Source: a virus | Taxonomy: Duplodnaviria; Caudoviricetes | IMG/VR virus record: IMGVR_UViG_2841778323_000002 | Location: 13,536 to 77,535 of that record | Reading direction: 5' to 3' (one strand) | DNA length: 64,000 nucleotides | Part shown: piece by piece, positions 59,401 to 64,000 of the stretch | How the letters are laid out: each line of letters starts with the position of its first letter | Position numbering within the stretch: position 1 is the first letter of the stretch | Position numbers and translations under genes: made by a program | The notes under the pieces: generated by a model | What the model was told of the DNA's origin: nothing | Seen by the model: only the letters and a program-made list of their open reading frames with translations | Databases searched by the model: none

Positions 59401-60210
59401 AATCAATTTTTAGGTACATTAGGTTCAATTATAGCACCTAATTATAATATTAACGGAGCAGGATTTATTTTATCTAAGTATTGTAATCACTTTCTAATAG
59501 GTAGGGATGCTAATTGGGATGATATATTTACAAACAGATCACCTAAGCCTACACATTATCTAGATATAGACTTTGATAATTTCCAAATTAAGTTAGGATT
59601 AGCATTATTAACGGGTGATGTGAATTTAAGAGGAAACTCGTTGTATGATGCACAGGTTGGTTATATCAAGGACTGGTTTGGGTTTGGGTGGAGACTTCAC
59701 TCAGATGGACATCAACTTATATATGCAGATGGGCATAGATTGAAATTTAATGTGCCAGTAAGTTTTGATGGTAATGAACTTATGAATCCTAAGTTATATA
59801 CTAATGCATTTTACTTTACTAATGGACATCAAGCATTTTGCCAAGCTAGTAATGGAGCTAATATTATGATGAATGGACTACATTGGGATTTTAATGGATT
59901 TAATATAGTAAATGCTAGACTTGAGGGCTGCCAAATGGGATATTCTTTAATGGCTACATCGCCAGGAATATCAGTAGGAGCTGATACTGCAAGTATAGAA
60001 ACAATGTTATTACAAGAAGACTTTTCTAAGTATGATGAATTAAATAATGAAGTTATAGTGGATATGAATGAGGGATTTAAGTCAGTATATGCAAAAAGTA
60101 AAAAACTAGAAAATGAAAACGAGCAGATAAAACAAGAAAAAGAAAATTTAATTAAAGAACTAGATATGACTAAAAATGCACTTGATAATCTATTGATGGG
60201 AGTGAGTTAA
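56416..60210 (+). CDS. Tail spike/host-specificity protein (Tal-RBP fusion)
   Basis: Endopeptidase-tail N-terminus (LGDTI), coiled coils, carbohydrate-binding-like module ending KIEKGDKATDWSPAPED. Confidence 0.85.
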   Translation: MIHLRTRNKKKIAGLVGYKDLYIESELQSGEKTLCFSYPKKAPYYKDIVEECYITTKENEYVIKERTVQDEYTEFKCILNLEDIEGKPFFKFESKEQPIDKALALALAGTGWIVGNCDLKKKRTVRMANCSSLEIIKEIKKIYRCDMVFNTLTKTIDVFEHLGEDKGVYFIDSLNLKSLGIQGNSYEYFTRLIPVGKDDLKITDINDKKEYVENYQYSNKVKTAYWVDDRYTIKENLKEDAIAKLNEISKPFRSYSAAVFNLAKLNKKYKNILDYKLGDTITLISKEDRFKDKQRIVKTIEFPDEHEKDSVELANTTLCFEDIQTQFQEAADTVENITTDNGTVKGSTIDGIETKQIKDFHQEVVSATNIKAINAQIVNLEAHNVTISGQLAAVNAQIGNLAANVATIDKLTVTHTAQINNLVATSATITDLHAINALINVLEANVGRIDTLVNGNLSSENIQAGGITSDKLTIENGFIKNAMISDLDVSKINAGDISTNKFKIKSDDGGIEIVGATQQFKDKNNKVRIQMGKDAKGDFNFIIRGEDGTTTLIDHTGVKEKAIADDLIKSNMIASNSVGEKQIDYSSFSEGFNRDTNTHTLKATKIKLNNQNHTLDVAFNQLKTQTDENKTITESNSTTIRVMQGQINTAINNTQIVKDGQIILLKDDYNRTAQTVNSMHSILGEHTTTLNQHTGEITGFTARVNEIVRNLEGITARVSSTETKLDNIQGRNLALQSNKLLAGSPAQGIVTSIESDGALKIISSPNNNNWFTSWYSSEEGINDKLKEGDTFTISFTMKSPNSTSIPKIYIKTGMGYYPMKGNLSPEYSTVYYTGTWKSEHEVNIHLGFGSVIGIYYIKNWKIEKGDKATDWSPAPEDIDDKIGILEARVHEAEVKVTSKAIIATVGSTFYNKNEADSRYAAQSQIEQLSHQITSKVDVNGVKSIIQQNSSDVMIGFNGINNRININPRSMDFTATNGYRDMSLYGGQLCTFNSGTNQFLGTLGSIIAPNYNINGAGFILSKYCNHFLIGRDANWDDIFTNRSPKPTHYLDIDFDNFQIKLGLALLTGDVNLRGNSLYDAQVGYIKDWFGFGWRLHSDGHQLIYADGHRLKFNVPVSFDGNELMNPKLYTNAFYFTNGHQAFCQASNGANIMMNGLHWDFNGFNIVNARLEGCQMGYSLMATSPGISVGADTASIETMLLQEDFSKYDELNNEVIVDMNEGFKSVYAKSKKLENENEQIKQEKENLIKELDMTKNALDNLLMGVS

Positions 60211-60369
60211 ATGGCTTTATATATAGCAAATAGAATTATAGAAAAAGCAAATGGTGGAGATGGATTAGAATATAAATTAATAGTTCCAAAATGGATGAAG
60301 TACAAAGATGAAATAGATAAAATTTTAATATCAGAAGGCAGAGGAGATTTAATAGAAGATATAAAGTAA
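60211..60369 (+). CDS. Small tail-associated protein (52 aa, XkdX position)
   Basis: MALYIANRIIEKANGGDGLEY...EGRGDLI; adjacent to the spike stop. Confidence 0.65.
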   Translation: MALYIANRIIEKANGGDGLEYKLIVPKWMKYKDEIDKILISEGRGDLIEDIK

Positions 60370-60497
60370 AAAAAATAAATAATTTTTACATAAAGTGCAA
60401 TTAATTTATACGTAACCATATATTAATAGATGAGGTGATAAATTTCTTTATAAATGTAAAATTTAAATAGGTAAAAATATGAAAATTTTGAAAGAAG

Positions 60498-60707
60498 GTG
60501 AAAAATATGTTGTGGGAAGCTCCTAAATCTGATATACATCCTATAAGTACTGAGACTCTTGAACTTGTAGCAAAACATAAACAAATAACACTATCAATGT
60601 TACATAGTTTGGATAAAGATATATCTTTAGATTTTCATCTACAAAAGCTAGAAGAAGCAGGGAAAATAAAAATCGAAGGCGAATTAGTAACTTTTCTTAA
60701 GTACTAA
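60498..60707 (+). CDS. Small moron protein (possible winged helix)
   Basis: ORF with own terminator at 60717-60744. Confidence 0.55.
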   Translation: MKNMLWEAPKSDIHPISTETLELVAKHKQITLSMLHSLDKDISLDFHLQKLEEAGKIKIEGELVTFLKY

Positions 60708-60767
60708 TAAATATAAGAAGGATCTACAACTGTAGGTCCTTCTTTAATATACAAACAAGGAGGTTCT

Positions 60768-61064
60768 ATGAATATAGAGGTTACAGTTATATGTACAATT
60801 GTAGGTGCAATTGTAGGCTATATGAGTTATCAAAAAAAGACTGCTCATGATATAGAAGATGATGCATCTCAAAAAACAGTAGTTGCTACAAAGTTAGATT
60901 ACATAAGTAAAGGAGTTGATGATATAAGACTTGATATAAAAGCTCAAGATACAAAAATAAGTAATGTTGTAGAAAGACTTATAAAAGTTGAAGAAAGCAC
61001 AAAATCAGCACATCACAGAATAGATACAATAGGAAAAAAAGGAGATGTTTTATATAAAAAATAG
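60768..61064 (+). CDS. Holin-associated membrane protein
   Basis: N-terminal TM, coiled coil, SAHHRID motif. Confidence 0.75.
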   Translation: MNIEVTVICTIVGAIVGYMSYQKKTAHDIEDDASQKTVVATKLDYISKGVDDIRLDIKAQDTKISNVVERLIKVEESTKSAHHRIDTIGKKGDVLYKK

Positions 61065-61272
61065 AGTAAAAAACCCATACTTTTGGCTAGGATTAGGCGG
61101 AGTAATATTTAGTGCCGCTGGAGTAGATTTTAAAACTTTAACTAGTTGGAATCTTTTAGGTAGTGCTTTATTAGATATATTAGCTAATCCAGTTGCAGTT
61201 GTAGCTGTAGCAGCAGCAATTATAGGTGTAGTTGTAGATCCATCTACAAAAGGTTTAAAAGATAATAAATAA
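61045..61272 (+). CDS. Holin (phi LC3-like)
   Basis: R.KNPYFW and GVVVDPSTKGLKD motifs. Confidence 0.85.
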   Translation: MFYIKNRVKNPYFWLGLGGVIFSAAGVDFKTLTSWNLLGSALLDILANPVAVVAVAAAIIGVVVDPSTKGLKDNK

Positions 61273-61426
61273 TTTATATTAAATTTAAAAATAATGTTTA
61301 TAAAAATTATATATAAATTAAAATTAATTTTAAATTAAGTTAAATAAAATGCAGTAAATTAGACTCTTTGAAGTCTTTTTTTATTGCCTTTTTAAATATA
61401 AAAATATAAATTTTGGAGGTATTAAA

Positions 61427-62305
61427 ATGTTAAATATAAAAAGAAAAATAAGTCCATATAACCACTATGAAGGAAACAACATAAAATATATTGTAATTCA
61501 CTATACTGGTAATATAAACGATACTGCAAAGAATAATGCCGACTATTTCTTTGGAGGAAATAGAAATGCATCAGCACATTACTTTGTAGATGATAATGAA
61601 ATATATCAAGTAGTAGAAGATTATAACGGTGCTTGGCATTGTGGAGATGGTAATAATAAATATGGTATAAATAATAGAAATTCTATAGCTATAGAAATGT
61701 GTGGTACTGATAACGGAAGAATCTCAGAAAAAACAGTAGAAAATACTTTAGAATTAACAAAATGCCTTATGAAAAAATATGGAATAGATGAAGATCACGT
61801 TGTAAGACACTATGATGCATCTAGAAAAGATTGTCCATCTGCTTTTCATGATAATAATTGGGCTAGATGGTGGAATTTTAAAAATAGATTAGTTGGATGT
61901 TCTGAAAGTGTCTCTATAAATAAAAATATTGATGTAACTTATCAAGTCCATGCAAAAGGAAGATGGTTACCTAATGTAACTAATATAACTGATTATGCAG
62001 GTATTTATGGCAAACCAATACAAGGAGTATACGCTAATTTAAGTAGTGGTTCTATAAGATATAGAGTTCATACAGTAGATGGTAAATGGCTACCTTGGGT
62101 TACTGATAGACAAGATTATGCTGGTATATTAAGTAAAAATATAGATGCTTTAGAAATGCAATTAGTAGGATTAGACAACTATAGTGTTCAATATAGAGCA
62201 TATGTAGGGGGTAGATGGCTACCTTGGGTTACTGATTTAACTGATTACGCTGGTATATATGGTAAACCTATAGAAGGGATACAAGTACAAGTTATAAAAA
62301 AATAA
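61427..62305 (+). CDS. Endolysin: Amidase_2 domain plus Trp-rich (ChW-like) binding repeats
   Basis: IVIHYTG, SAHYFVD, AWHCG and RHYDA..K.CP motifs. Confidence 0.92.
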   Translation: MLNIKRKISPYNHYEGNNIKYIVIHYTGNINDTAKNNADYFFGGNRNASAHYFVDDNEIYQVVEDYNGAWHCGDGNNKYGINNRNSIAIEMCGTDNGRISEKTVENTLELTKCLMKKYGIDEDHVVRHYDASRKDCPSAFHDNNWARWWNFKNRLVGCSESVSINKNIDVTYQVHAKGRWLPNVTNITDYAGIYGKPIQGVYANLSSGSIRYRVHTVDGKWLPWVTDRQDYAGILSKNIDALEMQLVGLDNYSVQYRAYVGGRWLPWVTDLTDYAGIYGKPIEGIQVQVIKK

Positions 62306-62596
62306 TATGAATATACAATTTGAATTACATAGAAATATGTAATCGTATCTATTTAAAATTAAAATAATTAAAAATTTTAAATTTTGATATAATTAAATTG
62401 ATCCTACTATTATATTGATAACAAATTTTTTTAACCTAAAACTAACAAAAAAGACTAATTGGAATCCGCCTATAAAGTATTTCAATTAGTCTTTTTTACT
62501 ATCAAAATATATTTCTTAGGAGTATTTTTAAAAATCCTTGATTCATTAATAAATTTTAAAAATTTGTGGGTAAATTATATATCAAGGCATTTTTTC

Positions 62597-62743
62597 ATAA
62601 ATAGTAGTATTAATTATTAGAAATAGATATATTTAAATCTAAAAGATAACTAGTTCTTTATTTATAATAAATAGTAGTATTAATTATTAGAAATAGATAT
62701 ATTTAAATCTAAAAGATAACTAGTTCTTTATTTATAATAAATA
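62597..62743. repeat. Perfect 70-bp tandem duplication
   Basis: Unit ATAAATAGTAGTATT...TTTATA at 62597 and 62667, plus a partial third start. Confidence 0.9.
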
Positions 62744-62869
62744 TTGAATTTACTATAATTATATTAGAAGTTGATGTATATAATGAATATTTTTAAACGG
62801 ACACTATTTCTATTTAAAAATTTAAAAGAAAATGTTTACAATCGATAAAATAAGGTATAAATATATTAT

Positions 62870-63018
62870 AGAAAACTAAACAAATCAAATTTAAGATTAA
62901 AACAGAGCTCCCTAAGGAGATAAAAATACTCTATGTAAAAGTTTGAGCGTCATCTGAATTAACACTCTCACTTAATTATTGCCATTTCAAAATCTAGATT
63001 TGATTTATTTAGTTTTCT
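62870..63018 (+). ncRNA. Putative structured ncRNA, copy 2 (unassigned family)
   Basis: Long terminal stem followed by a T-run; conserved core shared with 27113-27269. Confidence 0.62.
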
Positions 63019-63181
63019 TTTTTATATTTATAGAATTTATAATTAAATTCAAATCCATTAAAATTGCAAATCTTTTATCTATAATATGTATCTTTACTTA
63101 TATACCTTGAATTTATTTACAATTTTTTCCAAATGTTATGTTATTATATAGTTATCAACTAAGTTATAAGGAGAATAAAAA

Positions 63182-64000
63182 ATGAATTTAAAGTTTAAAG
63201 CTACTTTACAAAAAGAATGGATTTTATTAGATGATAAGATAATTTATGGAGGTAGAGAGATATTACTTACTGATATAGAATCAGTGGATTTAATGTTTAA
63301 GTCATCAGTTGGTTCAAATGGCCTAATAAATATTGTAGCAAATGGAAAAAAAGTAAGACTAATATATCCTGATAAATCTAAAGAAAATGCAGAAAAAGCT
63401 TTGGTATACTTACTAGATAATTGCGGAACTGAAGAAGAAAAATTAAAATATAAAAAGAAATTAGAATATAAAAGAAGTACTCAAGATGTAAAAGATGAAA
63501 TAAATACTTTACCATATAAAAGTGTATGGGGTACTAGAAAAGAAGTATCTGAGTTACCTACGATTCTTGGTGAAGATGAACACATTAAAGCTATTACAAG
63601 CGGTCTTACTGATGGGAAAACTTGGCTTATAGTATGTACAACTAAACGTGTATTAATGTTAGATAGAGGAATGATCGGATTGACATTAATAGATACTCCT
63701 TTAGATAAAATTAATACAATAACTCATACAAAGGGATTATTATTTGGTAAAATTTTAATTACAGATGGAGCTACTACAAGAGCTATAGAAAATATACCTA
63801 ATAAAACAATAAGTTTTTTTGCTGATACTGTAAATAACGAAGTAGAAGTATATACAAGAAGTAAGAATACATTTACAACTCAAGTTGTAAATGATGTATC
63901 TCCAGCAGATGAACTAATTAAATACAAACAACTACTAGATATGGGTGCATTAACAGAAGAAGAGTTTGATATAAAGAAAAAAGAAATATTAGGATTATAA
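63182..64000 (+). CDS. Bacterial PH-domain plus SHOCT protein
   Basis: LIVCTTKRVLML PH domain; C-terminal ADELIKYKQLLDMGALTEEEFDIKKKEILG SHOCT. Confidence 0.85.
   Translation: MNLKFKATLQKEWILLDDKIIYGGREILLTDIESVDLMFKSSVGSNGLINIVANGKKVRLIYPDKSKENAEKALVYLLDNCGTEEEKLKYKKKLEYKRSTQDVKDEINTLPYKSVWGTRKEVSELPTILGEDEHIKAITSGLTDGKTWLIVCTTKRVLMLDRGMIGLTLIDTPLDKINTITHTKGLLFGKILITDGATTRAIENIPNKTISFFADTVNNEVEVYTRSKNTFTTQVVNDVSPADELIKYKQLLDMGALTEEEFDIKKKEILGL

Larger units (their letters stand above)
29890..64000. mobile_element. Prophage 2 (HK97-like cos siphovirus with serine integrase); right end outside window
   Basis: Integrase-immunity-replication-packaging-head-tail-lysis gene order. Confidence 0.95.

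Noticed and set aside
1681-60419. Numerous short antisense or off-frame ORFs within structural genes (e.g. 4331-4678, 22989-23258, 47314-47700, 54201-54626)
   Set aside because: Overlap well-supported genes, lack an RBS and have antisense-type composition
62597-62743. CRISPR mini-array
   Set aside because: Units are contiguous 70-bp duplicates with no unique spacers, and there are no cas genes

Overview
Very AT-rich, Clostridium-like chromosomal window holding two siphoviral prophages separated by about 2.6 kb of host DNA. Prophage 1 (left edge to ~27.3 kb) shows its late half: SPP1/A118-type packaging, head, tail and lysis modules, then an accessory region. Prophage 2 (~29.9 kb to the right edge) has a large serine integrase, ImmA/CI/Cro switch, replication initiator, morons, and HK97-type cos packaging, head, tail and lysis modules. 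Both prophages appear to have integrated into genes of the same NitT/TauT-type (YtlA/C/D-like) ABC transporter: prophage 1 truncates the substrate-binding gene at ~27301 and prophage 2 splits the ATPase gene at its H-loop at ~29890. Other highlights: a ~150-nt structured non-coding element with compensatory changes, present after the lysis module of both prophages; a group I intron carrying a Vsr-like homing endonuclease inside the prophage 2 tape-measure gene; a minor-capsid (MuF-like) toxin fusion with a probable immunity gene; a Panacea TA pair; an in-frame TGA at a conserved Cys of the packaging HNH gene; an identical VVSSEH C-terminus on capsid and tail-tube proteins; and morons with sporulation-sigma-like promoters. 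All assignments are from reading motifs by eye; no database search was run.
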